Below are positions 50,715-60,116 of a stretch of 64,000 nucleotides of DNA, in pieces. Under the pieces are notes generated by a model, which was not told the DNA's origin, ran no database searches, and was given only the letters and a program-made list of their open reading frames with translations. Source of the DNA: an uncultured Pseudomonadota bacterium (GTDB taxonomy: Bacteria > Desulfobacterota > Binatia > Binatales > Binataceae). The stretch is taken from positions 66,111 through 130,110 of the forward strand of contig CAWGQB010000028.1 of NCBI GenBank assembly GCA_963824565.1, in the 5' to 3' direction. The position numbers and the translations under genes were made by a program. Within the stretch, counting starts at the first letter, position 1. Each line of letters begins with the position of its first letter.

Positions 50715-51603
50715 GACCGAGCTTGCGCCGCGATTCGGCGCGCGCCTCAAACGCGGCCAGGCGCTCGCCGCACTGACCTCGTTCCGGATCGGCGGTCCAG
50801 CCGACTTTATTGTTGAAGTGGCCGACGAGGATGACTTGTCGGCCGCCGTCAAGGCCGCATGGCGTCATCAGGTCCCGGCATTCTGCCTGGGCGCGGGAAC
50901 CAACATATTGGTCAGCGACCGCGGTGTGCGCGGCTTGGTGTTGGTGTTGGGCGCGAGCTTTGCCCAGATAGATTTCGATGGCTGCCACGTAAAGGCCGGG
51001 GCTGCCGCTCAATTCGGTGTGCTGGTCGCGCAGGCTGTCGCGCGCGGCCTGTCCGGCCTGGAATTCGGCGAAGGGATTCCGGGCAGCGTTGGCGGTGCGT
51101 TGATCATGAATGCGGGCGCGTTTGGCGGCGAGATGGCGCCCGTGGTTACTGCCGTGCGCGGCGCGGATCAAGACGGGCGAATCAGAACTTTGGCCCGCAA
51201 CGAAGTTGATTTCCTATATCGGCGCAGCATTCTGCCGCCGGGATTTATCGTTAGTGCGGTGGAATTTGATCTGATTCCCGGCGATCGCGAAGCCTTGCGA
51301 GCGAAGGTCGCGGAACTCAAGGCCAAGCGCGCGGCGCGCCAGCCGCAGGGAGTTCCCAACGCCGGATCGATCTTCAAAAATCCTCCCGGTAATTTCGCTG
51401 GACGCCTGCTGGAGAGCTGCGGGCTTAAGGGCGAGCGCGTTGGCAGCGCCGCATTTTCGGATCGTCATGCGAACTTTATCGTCAACCTGGGCGGCGCGCG
51501 CGCAATCGAAGTGCGCGAACTGATGGAAATCGCGCGGCGCCGGGTTGAGCAACGGACCGGAGTGCGATTGGAACCCGAGGTGAAACTGGTCGGCGAGTGG
51601 TGA
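50701..51603 (+). CDS. murB: UDP-N-acetylenolpyruvoylglucosamine reductase
   Basis: ORF 50635..51603. The ATG at 50701 overlaps the murC stop. FRIGGPADF, GAGTNILVSD, GSVGGALIMNAGAFG, AGSIFKNP. Confidence 0.9.
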   Translation: MSAFETELAPRFGARLKRGQALAALTSFRIGGPADFIVEVADEDDLSAAVKAAWRHQVPAFCLGAGTNILVSDRGVRGLVLVLGASFAQIDFDGCHVKAGAAAQFGVLVAQAVARGLSGLEFGEGIPGSVGGALIMNAGAFGGEMAPVVTAVRGADQDGRIRTLARNEVDFLYRRSILPPGFIVSAVEFDLIPGDREALRAKVAELKAKRAARQPQGVPNAGSIFKNPPGNFAGRLLESCGLKGERVGSAAFSDRHANFIVNLGGARAIEVRELMEIARRRVEQRTGVRLEPEVKLVGEW

Positions 51604-51614
51604 ACGTTTAGCGC

Positions 51615-51679
51615 CGGGTTGAGGCACGGGAGTTTGAGGCGCGGGAGTTTGAGGTGGAAGTTGGGAGGCGCGGCCTCCC
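51615..51679 (+). repeat. G-rich tandem 15-nt repeats plus a 7-bp-stem hairpin in the murB-ftsQ spacer
   Basis: cgggttgaggca / cgggagtttgaggcg / cgggagtttgaggtg / gaagttgggaggcg, then GGGAGGC-GCG-GCCTCCC (51663-51679). Confidence 0.7.
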
Positions 51680-51694
51680 TGGCTAGGTGGTGCG

Positions 51695-52387
51695 GTGGCG
51701 GAGCGGAAGAAAAAAAAGCGCAACTCGGAATGGGGATGGCGGCTCAGCGGCATCGTGCTGTGCTCCTTCTTTGCGCTTGGAGTGTATGCCGGCGTCAACG
51801 TCGGCGGCCACGCCCGGAATTTGAAACTTCCTGACCGTGTCGCGGTACTGCTGACAAAATTACACTTAAGACCCGCGCGTAGTCTGCCCCAACGCGCCAG
51901 CGATGGCGCCGTGGCGGTGGTCGAGCGCGACGACGGCTTCTACACGCTGCAGGCCAGTGGTGAATTGCGCGGTCCGCTATCCATTCAGGCGGTTAATGAT
52001 TTACCGATCATCAGCGGCCCGGGACTCGATTCGGCCAGTGGCTCCGATCTGCTCGATTACGCCGAGCTGTTGGTACGCGCCGAAGCCGCATTGTCGGAAC
52101 TGGTCTCCGAGATTCGCATCGCGACCGACGGCACCGCGACGGTCTATCTCGAACGCAGCCATACCGACCTGATCCTGGACCGCACCAATGCGTCCGACGA
52201 ATTGGCCCACGCCGCGGCGGTCATGAACCGTTGGCATGCCCATCTGAATCTGATGACGGGGCTCGATATGACCACTCCGGGCGAGGCCGTGGTGCGGCTA
52301 CGCGAACCGGTCGACGTAGCGCTGGCGGAGATCGCCATCGCGCCGCGGGGCGACAACCCGCCGGCCAAGGAACTGGCGCCACGATGA
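51695..52387 (+). CDS. ftsQ: cell-division protein FtsQ
   Basis: 230-aa ORF between murB and ftsA. Basic N-terminus, one TM (LSGIVLCSFFALGVYAGV), POTRA-like region. Its stop overlaps the ftsA start. Confidence 0.75.
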   Translation: MAERKKKKRNSEWGWRLSGIVLCSFFALGVYAGVNVGGHARNLKLPDRVAVLLTKLHLRPARSLPQRASDGAVAVVERDDGFYTLQASGELRGPLSIQAVNDLPIISGPGLDSASGSDLLDYAELLVRAEAALSELVSEIRIATDGTATVYLERSHTDLILDRTNASDELAHAAAVMNRWHAHLNLMTGLDMTTPGEAVVRLREPVDVALAEIAIAPRGDNPPAKELAPR

Positions 52388-53595
52388 AGAATATCCTGAG
52401 CGCATTGGATATCGGCACCAGCAAGGTGTGTGCGCTGGTTGCGGAGATCGGCGACAATAACCAGCTTGCGGTATTGGGCTTCGGGGTGGTGCCGTGTTCG
52501 GGACTGCGCAAGGGCGTAGTGGTCAATATTGACGCCACCGTTGACGCCATCAAAGGCGCGCTCAGCGAGGCCGAGAAAACCTCCGGAGTCAAAGTGGCGA
52601 CCGCCGTGGTCGGTATCGCCGGCTCTCATATTCGCGGCTTCAACAGCCACGGTATCGTCGCAGTGCGTGGTGGTGAAGTGGGGCCGCGCGACGTCGATCG
52701 CGTGATCGATGCGGCCCGCGCGGTCGCGATACCGCTTGACCGCCAGGTGCTGCATGTACTGCCGCAACAGTTCGCCGTTGACGAGCAGGAAGGCGTTCAC
52801 GACCCGGTCGGGATGGCCGGAGTGCGCCTGGAGGCGCGTATCCATATCGTTACCGCGGCGCAGAGCTATGCCCAGAACCTGGAGAAGTGTTGCGAACGCG
52901 CGGGAGTCGACGCCACTCCGTTGGTGCTGGAGCCGCTGGCTTCGGCGGAAGCGGCGCTGTTTCCCGAAGAGCGCGAGCTGGGTGTGGCTCTGGTCGACAT
53001 CGGCGGCGGCACTACCGACATCATCGTGTTTCACGGCAGTGCCGTGATGCACACCGCGGTCCTGCCGATCGGCGGCAACCATCTGACCGGCGACCTGGCC
53101 GCCGGTTTGCGCACCGCGCTGGTCGATGCCGAGCGGCTCAAGACCGACTACGGCGTGGCGACCAACCTGGTGGTGGGACGCGATGAGATGGTCAGCGTGC
53201 CGGGAGTCGGAGGACGCGAGCCGCGCGTCATCGCGCGCCGTCTGCTCGGTGAGATTCTGGAACCGCGCATGGAAGAGATTTTCGCGATGGTCCAGCGCGA
53301 ACTGATTCGTTCGGGCGTCGCCGAAGCGCTGGCTTCGGGGCTGGTGCTGGTCGGCGGCAGCTCGCTGCTGGAAGGAACCCAGGAGCTGGCCGAGCGGGTG
53401 TTCAATCTGCCGGTGCGCCGGGGCCTGCCGGTCAATCTCAAGGGAATGCCCGAAGATTTGATGAAACCGATGTTCGCCACCCCCGCGGGCCTGCTGTTGA
53501 TGGCGCGCGGCAATGGCCGTGCGGTGGGCGGACGTCCGCGGCGCTGGATTAAATTGCGCTCGCGCATGACTGACTGGGTAAGAGATTTCTTTTAA
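52384..53595 (+). CDS. ftsA: cell-division protein FtsA
   Basis: ATG at 52384 (MKNILSALDIGTSKVCALV...). DIGGGTTDI. C-terminal amphipathic tail WIKLRSRMTDWVRDFF. Confidence 0.95.
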   Translation: MKNILSALDIGTSKVCALVAEIGDNNQLAVLGFGVVPCSGLRKGVVVNIDATVDAIKGALSEAEKTSGVKVATAVVGIAGSHIRGFNSHGIVAVRGGEVGPRDVDRVIDAARAVAIPLDRQVLHVLPQQFAVDEQEGVHDPVGMAGVRLEARIHIVTAAQSYAQNLEKCCERAGVDATPLVLEPLASAEAALFPEERELGVALVDIGGGTTDIIVFHGSAVMHTAVLPIGGNHLTGDLAAGLRTALVDAERLKTDYGVATNLVVGRDEMVSVPGVGGREPRVIARRLLGEILEPRMEEIFAMVQRELIRSGVAEALASGLVLVGGSSLLEGTQELAERVFNLPVRRGLPVNLKGMPEDLMKPMFATPAGLLLMARGNGRAVGGRPRRWIKLRSRMTDWVRDFF

Positions 53596-53652
53596 CACCG
53601 GCGCGCCGCGCGCCCATATCGCCCCACGGGGAGTGGTTGAGGAGGATTAGTG

Positions 53653-54963
53653 ATGATCGAGTTGGTTGAGACCCCAGATCCGGGGGCACGGATCAAAGTA
53701 ATCGGCGCGGGTGGATGCGGCGGCAATGCCGTCAATCACATGATTTCCGCCGGACTGCGCAACGTCGAGTTCATTTCCGTAAACACCGATATCCAGGCGC
53801 TGCAAAACAACATCGCTCCGGTCAGGATGCAGCTCGGCCCGCAAATTACCCGTGGACGCGGCACTGGCGGCAATCCTGAAATCGGTCGCAAGGCGGCGCT
53901 GGAGGATGAGGATCGCCTGCGCGAGTACATGTCCGACGCCGAGATGGTTTTCGTCACCGCCGGGATGGGCGGCGGTACCGGCACCGGCTCGGCCCCGGTC
54001 ATCGCGCGGCTGGCCCGCGAGGCCGGTGCGCTGACGGTGGGCGTGGTCACCAAGCCCTTCCAGTTCGAAGGACGCAAACGCATGACTCAGGCCGAGGATG
54101 GCTTGCGCGAACTCAAGGCTGCGGTCGACACCCTGATAACCATACCCAATCAGCGCTTGCTTTCGGTCGCCAGCCGCAATACCCCGTTGCGCGAAGCCTT
54201 TCAGCGCGCCGACGAAGTGCTGCTGCAAGCCGTGCGCGGCATTTCGGAATTGGTTACGGTGCACGGACTGATCAATCTGGACTTTGCCGACGTGCGCTCA
54301 ATCATGGCTGAAATGGGACTGGCAATGATGGGTGCGGCGAGCGCCACCGGAGAGAATCGCGCGGTCGAGGCGGCCCAGCGCGCTATCTCCAGCCCACTAC
54401 TTGAAGACCTTTCGATCAAAGGCGCTCGCGGCCTGCTGATCAACGTGACCGGCGGCTCCGATCTGTCGTTGTATGAAGTCAACGAGGCGGCCAGCCTGAT
54501 CCAGGAAGAAGCGCACGAGGACGCCAATATCATCTTCGGCGCGGTAATCGACGAACACCTGTCCGATGAACTTCGCGTCACCGTGATCGCGACCGGGTTT
54601 GGCGATCTCGAGACCCGCTACGCCTCGCGCACCGTTGTGACCAGTCCGCTAACCGCTCCGCTGACGCCGCCGCCGGCGCCGATTCAGATGCCGGCTCATT
54701 CGGCGGTAACCGCGGCGGTGCAATCCGCACCGACCCGTCCGATCGAGTCACCGGCTGACGCGTCGACGCCCACGCAGGTCAAGATGTTTCCGAGCAAACC
54801 GGTGCGCCGGCTGGGACTGATCGTCGATGAAAGTCTCGACATCCCGACTTTTAAACGGCGCTCGCAGGAGGCCGGACACCGCACAGTCAACCTGGAGCCC
54901 AACAATCAGGTCGATCCGAGCGACGATTTGGATATCCCGACTTTCCTGCGCAAGCATGACTGA
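53653..54963 (+). CDS. ftsZ: cell-division GTPase FtsZ
   Basis: GGAGGA RBS at 53641-46 and ATG at 53653. [13 protein letters not shown], tubulin signature [17 protein letters not shown]-terminal peptide [11 protein letters not shown]. Confidence 0.97.
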   Translation: MIELVETPDPGARIKVIGAGGCGGNAVNHMISAGLRNVEFISVNTDIQALQNNIAPVRMQLGPQITRGRGTGGNPEIGRKAALEDEDRLREYMSDAEMVFVTAGMGGGTGTGSAPVIARLAREAGALTVGVVTKPFQFEGRKRMTQAEDGLRELKAAVDTLITIPNQRLLSVASRNTPLREAFQRADEVLLQAVRGISELVTVHGLINLDFADVRSIMAEMGLAMMGAASATGENRAVEAAQRAISSPLLEDLSIKGARGLLINVTGGSDLSLYEVNEAASLIQEEAHEDANIIFGAVIDEHLSDELRVTVIATGFGDLETRYASRTVVTSPLTAPLTPPPAPIQMPAHSAVTAAVQSAPTRPIESPADASTPTQVKMFPSKPVRRLGLIVDESLDIPTFKRRSQEAGHRTVNLEPNNQVDPSDDLDIPTFLRKHD

Positions 54964-54966
54964 GCA

Positions 54967-55009
54967 CTTGCGCATCGGCGCCGTTAGCGGCGCGATGCGC
55001 AAGTTGTTG
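54967..55009 (+). terminator. strong hairpin terminator immediately after ftsZ
   Basis: cttgcgcatc-g-gcgccg ttag cggcgc gatgcgcaag: 16-bp GC-rich stem with one bulge (54967-55003), followed by TTGTTG. Confidence 0.6.
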
Positions 55010-55084
55010 CGCACCGCAGCTCTTGCCCCGGTCGGCCTTTCGAAAATGGCTGCGGCCGGGGATTTGCTCGCGCGAAGTTAGAAG

Positions 55085-55103
55085 GCACGAACCGTGCATT
55101 TTT
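55085..55103 (+). terminator. small secondary hairpin with T-tract
   Basis: GCACG-AAC-CGTGC followed by ATTTTT. Confidence 0.35.
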
Positions 55104-55163
55104 GGTCTCAGTTCTCGGCGTGATGATCTGTCGCTCGGCCTTCCTTCACCGAGCCTTTGACAA

Positions 55164-55922
55164 CTACATCGCGGTGATGCCGCCGTCGACGGGTACCGCT
55201 GCGCCGGTGATGAACGAGGCTTCGTCCGTACACAGCCACAAAACGGTAGCTGCTATCTCCTCGGGCAGGCCCATGCGGCCGAGCGGATGCACGCTGCCGA
55301 TCTGCGCTTGCGTGCTGCCGCCCGCGGTGGCGATACGTTCGGTCATCGGAGTGATGATGCCGCCGGGACAGACCGCGTTGATCCGAATCTTTTCTTTGGC
55401 CAGTTGCAGCGCCACCGACTTGGTCAGACCGACGACGCCATGCTTGGAAGCGCCGTAGGCGGGTGAACGGACGCTTCCGACCAGCCCTGCCGCCGAAGCC
55501 AGGTTCACGATCGCTCCACCACTGCCCTGTTTGAGCATCTGGACGATCTCATACTTCATGCATAGCCAGACGCCGCGCAGATTGATCTGGATAATGCGGT
55601 CAAACTCCTCGTCCGGGACCTGGTCGATGCGCTTGGGCGAGCCTTCGATCGCGGCGATATTCGCGGCGCAATCGAGGCGGCCATATTTGGCGACCGTGCG
55701 ATCGATCACCGTCTTTACGTCGGACACGGTGGACACATCGCAGCCGGCAAAGAACGCTTCGCCGCCGGCCTGATGAATCGTCCCGAGCGTCTCCTCGCCG
55801 CCGCGGCCGTCGATATCGGCAATCGCGACTTTGGCTCCGTGGCGCGCGAAAGCAACCGCGCTGGCCCGGCCGATACCGGAGGCTCCGCCGGTTACCAAAA
55901 CGACTTTACCATTCAGATTCAC
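55164..55922 (-). CDS. short-chain dehydrogenase/reductase (FabG-like)
   Basis: 252-aa ORF. GKVVLVTGGASGIGRA, NIAA, YGASKHG (YxxxK), PGGIITPM. Confidence 0.85.
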   Translation of the reverse strand: MNLNGKVVLVTGGASGIGRASAVAFARHGAKVAIADIDGRGGEETLGTIHQAGGEAFFAGCDVSTVSDVKTVIDRTVAKYGRLDCAANIAAIEGSPKRIDQVPDEEFDRIIQINLRGVWLCMKYEIVQMLKQGSGGAIVNLASAAGLVGSVRSPAYGASKHGVVGLTKSVALQLAKEKIRINAVCPGGIITPMTERIATAGGSTQAQIGSVHPLGRMGLPEEIAATVLWLCTDEASFITGAAVPVDGGITAM

Positions 55923-55944
55923 GCTTCATCCCTCTCAAATGCCG

Positions 55945-56072
55945 GCCGGCAGAATTGCCGGGGCCGGTCTGTTTCGTTTGCGTCTCTTCGAACAGCGACT
56001 CTAGCCGCGCGCTGAGTTTTCTGCGAGAACAATCCCAATAATTTCGCCCAATAATTTCGCCTAGTAATTTTG
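55945..56072. promoter_or_regulatory. divergent promoter region with an inverted repeat and three tandem 13-bp repeats
   Basis: CCGGCA-GAAT-TGCCGG at 55945-60. CCAATAATTTCGC x2 exact (56035-47, 56048-60) plus a degenerate third copy CTAGTAATTTTG (56061-72). Lies between the SDR (-) and the hydrolase (+). Confidence 0.45.
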
Positions 56073-56093
56073 TCCGGGAGAATTGACGCACCG

Positions 56094-57161
56094 ATGGCCA
56101 AAGAGATCAAATCCTCCAGCGGCAAAGAGCCGTTGATTATCGCGGAGCAGGGAAGCTTTTTCGTTGGCGGCCGCACGGTCGCCGCCGCCGGCAAGTTCGA
56201 CCCCGGGCGGTCCTTCTTTCCCTTTCAGAGCGAAGGGCAAACCTACAACATCGAGCATCTATATGCGCAATATCAGATTCCGCCCGACGCGCGCGGATTG
56301 CCATTGGTGATGGTCCATGGCGGTTGCGAGACCGGGAAAACCTGGGATACCACCGCCGACGGACGCGAAGGGTTTCAAACGCTCTTTGTCCGGCGCGGGT
56401 TTGCGGTTTATGTAGTCGATTATCCCGGACGCGGCAGATCGGGCATCGCGTCTTTCAGCGGACCGCTGGGCAACCTGGCCGGGACGCAAATAATCCCGGA
56501 CTTCACCGTCAAATTCGGCCATGAACTGTTGTTCCTGGCCAATCGCATGGGTCCCCGGCCGTCCGAGTATTACCCCAACACGCAGTTTCCCAAAGCCGCT
56601 CTCGATCAGTTCCATCGTCACGTAGTAGCCGGCATCGCCGATGATGCCAGTGTGATCTCCGACGCGATCGCGGCGCTGCTCGATCGGATTGGACCTGCGA
56701 TACTTATTACCCATTCGCAAGGCGGATTGATGGGATGGCTGGCCGCCGTCAAGAGCGGGAACGTCAGGGCGATAGTCGCTTACGAGCCGTTTGTATCATG
56801 TTTCCCCGAAGGTGATGTGCCGGTGTTGCCGCCGCTGTCAGATGGGTCGATAGCACCGGCGGCCGAAACGATTTCCGCCGTCCAATTCGCGAAATTGGCG
56901 AGAATCCCAATCCAGATCGTGTGGGGCGACAACATCCCGAAGGACCCGTTCCCGGTGGTCGCGACCGATATATGGCGGCTGTCGGCGATGGCATCGCGCG
57001 AATTTGTAGCGAGGCTCAACCGGCTCGGCGGCGACGCCTCAATCCTGGACTTGCCGTCAATTGGTATTGCCGGAAATACTCACTTCATAATGTCCGACTT
57101 GAACAATCTACAGATTGCCGGCCTGCTGTCGGATTTTCTGCACCACAAGGGCCTCGACTAA
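56094..57161 (+). CDS. alpha/beta-fold hydrolase
   Basis: ORF 56070..57161; ATG at 56094. LVMVHGG, nucleophile elbow ITHSQGG (GxSxG-like), typical length. Confidence 0.65.
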   Translation: MAKEIKSSSGKEPLIIAEQGSFFVGGRTVAAAGKFDPGRSFFPFQSEGQTYNIEHLYAQYQIPPDARGLPLVMVHGGCETGKTWDTTADGREGFQTLFVRRGFAVYVVDYPGRGRSGIASFSGPLGNLAGTQIIPDFTVKFGHELLFLANRMGPRPSEYYPNTQFPKAALDQFHRHVVAGIADDASVISDAIAALLDRIGPAILITHSQGGLMGWLAAVKSGNVRAIVAYEPFVSCFPEGDVPVLPPLSDGSIAPAAETISAVQFAKLARIPIQIVWGDNIPKDPFPVVATDIWRLSAMASREFVARLNRLGGDASILDLPSIGIAGNTHFIMSDLNNLQIAGLLSDFLHHKGLD

Positions 57162-57264
57162 CGCTGAATTTTTTGAGTGGGAAAGAAAGCTTGTCCAACG
57201 GACTCGATTGGCTTCGCGGCGCCAGGCTTTCCAGCCTGTCCCACGGAATCAAGGAAGACCTGAG

Positions 57265-57930
57265 CTAGCTGGTTTCCAAAGCAGACGACAAGCGATCGAG
57301 GCGGAAGAAGAACTCGCGCAGGTTGGCGAATTCTTGCGGGATCTTGACTTCGCCGGTGAATCCCAGGCGCCAGAGTTGGCCGTAGAGCGCGAAATCTGCC
57401 AGGCCGAGCCGCCCGAGCAGGAAGGCCTTTTCCGTCAGAGTCTCGTCGAGCGGCGCCAGAATTTCCAATGCCTGCTGCAGATTGGTCTCGTGCTCGGTGA
57501 CCATCCGGTCACAGAATCCGGCGCCGTATTTGGCGTCATGGACCATCTGGAAAAAGGCAAGTTGTTGCTCTCCCTGATTGCGGTAGAAGTCCAGCAGATC
57601 CGGCATCGCCAGCCGTAGCAGGACCGCGCCGAACTCACCTTCGAAATACCTGGTTAGGGCGAGATGAAGACCACCGCTGACCGGCGGCATCACGGCCGGA
57701 TCGGGGGAGAGCGCCTCCAGCCGCGTCACGATCCAATCGGAATCGACCGCGACTTCGCCACCCGCAAGTTCGAGCGCGGGAACCTGAATCTGTCCGGTTA
57801 CGGCCAGGAGTTCGGCGCGATCGTGATAGTCAACCTCGACCACGTCGTATTCCTGTCCCTTGAATTCCAGGATTTTGCGAATCTTGGCGCACAGCGGGCT
57901 CGGACGGAACTGGAACAGACGCGACTTCAT
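57265..57930 (-). CDS. glutathione S-transferase-like protein
   Basis: Last 221 codons of the 771-aa ORF, from the ATG at 57930. Thioredoxin-like N-domain RPSPLCAKIRKILEFKGQEYDVVEVDY...VPAL, and an alpha-helical C-domain. Confidence 0.65.
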   Translation of the reverse strand: MKSRLFQFRPSPLCAKIRKILEFKGQEYDVVEVDYHDRAELLAVTGQIQVPALELAGGEVAVDSDWIVTRLEALSPDPAVMPPVSGGLHLALTRYFEGEFGAVLLRLAMPDLLDFYRNQGEQQLAFFQMVHDAKYGAGFCDRMVTEHETNLQQALEILAPLDETLTEKAFLLGRLGLADFALYGQLWRLGFTGEVKIPQEFANLREFFFRLDRLSSALETS

Positions 57931-58842
57931 GTGGCTCTCCGAGCGGGGCGAGCGAGTATCTGCCGCCATCGTGGTGGCGTTCATTACCCCGAAATTGCTG
58001 TAACAGTTGTTGAAGATCACGTAAGCACGCTCGACATCCGCAACCCGGGTAATCCGTTCGGCCTGCTCCTGAAGCTCACGCTCCGAATAAAGATACTTGA
58101 AACGCTCGGCGGCGGTGATCCCCTTCTTGAACCAGTTATCGCGGTTGCGGCCATGGAAGCGGATATACATTTGCGCGCCCGTTGCCTCAAGGAAGGAGGG
58201 CATGATCGACGGCCCTTGCGGACAGTCCACGGAGACGTAGCACATTTCGTTGCGGCGCAGGAATTCCATCGTATCGCGCCGTTGCTGCCCCTCGGTTACC
58301 CAGCTTGGATGGCGAAATTCAACCGCCAGTTGAGCTTGTGGAAGCCGTTCGCGCAACGCCATCAGGTAATCGAAATTGCTGTCTTTGCAGATAAAGTAAG
58401 GCGGAAACTGAAACAGCAGCATCCCCAGCTTGTTCGCCTCTTGCAGAGGAACGAGCGCGGACCAGAACATCTCAAAGGCCCGGTCGAGAACATGCCGGGA
58501 CGGCCGAGTAATCGACCGTTGGTTTTTCTCAGTTTCGGTCAGCATCTCCTTGAGCGCATTGGGCAGGCGCGTGGTTTCGGCTGGATGCTGCGTGAGCATC
58601 GAAAACGCCTTGATGTTAAACATGAAGTTCTGCGGCGTTCGTGACACCCAGGCCTTGGCCGTTTTCTCCGCCAGCAGCGTGTAGTAGCTGGAATCGACCT
58701 CGACGGTATCGAAATGCGAAGCGTAAAAGCGCAGCCGGTCTTCGGCGGTCTTCAGCGATGGCGGATAGAAGAGATCGGACTTGACCAGGGTGGGGTCGGT
58801 CCACGACGCGGTTCCGACCATGAACTGAGTGTTTTCGGCCAT
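57931..58842 (-). CDS. DUF72-family protein (no stop codon before the downstream GST-like frame)
   Basis: ATG at 58842. MAENTQFMVGTASWTDPTLVKSDLFYPP...RLRFYASHFDTVEVDSSYY...LLFQFPPYF...IRFHGRN...AYVIFNN. Confidence 0.7.
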
Positions 58843-58889
58843 CGAGAACAAGTTAAGGCGATACTTGAGCTCTGTCCGCTTGACGCTGC

Positions 58890-59580
58890 TCACGATTCCA
58901 GTCGGCGCAGGATGTCGTCGAGGTCGGTCTCGGCCAGGGACGGACGCACCAGATCGGCATGCGCGAGCGACTGTGCGGGTGAGGTGTGCGCGATTGCGAG
59001 CACCTTCATGTTGGCGGCTCGCGCTGCTTCGACTCCGGCCGGCGTGTCCTCGATCGCCAGGCATTCGTCCGGTCGAATCGGGGGTGCGAGTTCGGGCCGC
59101 TTTTCCAAATGACTTAGCGCCAAGCAGAAAAGAATCGGGCGCCGGTTTACCCCGCTCCACGTCCTCTGCGCTGACGACGTCGACGAACAACTCGCGCAGA
59201 CCGGCACGGCGCAGGATAGTTTCGGCCTCGACGCGCAAGGTGCCGGTGGCCAGCACCAAGGGGAATCGGCACGCGCATTCGCGCACGAATTCCTGAGCGG
59301 TGGGATAGTAGAGGTCCTCGCCGTGAATCAGTTCCATGTAGCGGGCGGCCTTGCGCGCGATCAGATCCTCGATAAATTCGGGACTGCCGGAGCGCCGATG
59401 CTCGTGCAGGACTGCGCTGAAACATTCCCGATCCGTGTATCCGATCAGACGCTGGAAGTACTCCTCCCGGCCGAGTTCGATTCCCTCCCCGGCCAGAACT
59501 TCGCGGAAACCTTGAAAATGCAGCGGTTCGGTGTCGACCAGGGTGCCGTCGAGGTCAAAAATGATAGCCCGAATCATCAT
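58890..59580 (-). pseudogene. HAD-superfamily hydrolase (beta-phosphoglucomutase-like), one frameshift near 59.1-59.2 kb
   Basis: IIFDLDGTLVDTE (motif I), LATGT and ERGKPAPD in the 59580 frame. The true C-terminus PDECLAIEDTPAGVEAARAANMKVLAIAH...* is in ORF 58890..59207. Confidence 0.75.
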
Positions 59581-59633
59581 CCAAATGATTTACCAGAGAT
59601 CGCGCGGGCGGAGCGATACGCAAACTGCGGCGA

Positions 59634-60116
59634 TCAGCCGTTGCCGGAGCCGGCGGCGGATTCGGTGAAGCGGGCACCCCAGATGTGCACCTTGACCGGC
59701 TCGATTCGGACGACCAGGTTATTTTCCCGGGTCAGCGCCATGTTGCGGTACTGCGGATATTTGTCGCGCAGGTGGCGCAGCGCGAGCATGTACTCTTCCT
59801 GGTCCTCGACCACGCGGGCGCTCCCGTTCACCAGGATATAGGCTAACTGCCTCCAGTCCTCTTCGTAATGGTCGATGAGCAGTGCAACCTGCGGATTGGC
59901 CGCGATGTTGCGCATCCGCTTGAGTTTGAATCCGGTCTGACGTTTGGGCTTTTCGTCGATCACGAAGTAGAAGTTATTGCCGTCGAACCAGAAGCACAGC
60001 GGCACGGCGTGGGGCACGGCGTCAGAGCCGGCGGTGGCCAGATGAGCCACGCGCGATAGCGACAAAAATCGCTGGACCTCCGGATCGTCAAGGGTCAACG
60101 GCGCCGGTTGGTTCAT
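59634..60116 (-). CDS. pyridoxamine 5'-phosphate oxidase-fold protein (F420-binding PPOX class)
   Basis: 160-aa ORF. VAHLATAGSDAVPHAVPLCFWFDGNNFYFVIDEKPK...NPQVALLIDHYEEDW matches the split-barrel family pattern. Confidence 0.7.
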   Translation of the reverse strand: MNQPAPLTLDDPEVQRFLSLSRVAHLATAGSDAVPHAVPLCFWFDGNNFYFVIDEKPKRQTGFKLKRMRNIAANPQVALLIDHYEEDWRQLAYILVNGSARVVEDQEEYMLALRHLRDKYPQYRNMALTRENNLVVRIEPVKVHIWGARFTESAAGSGNG

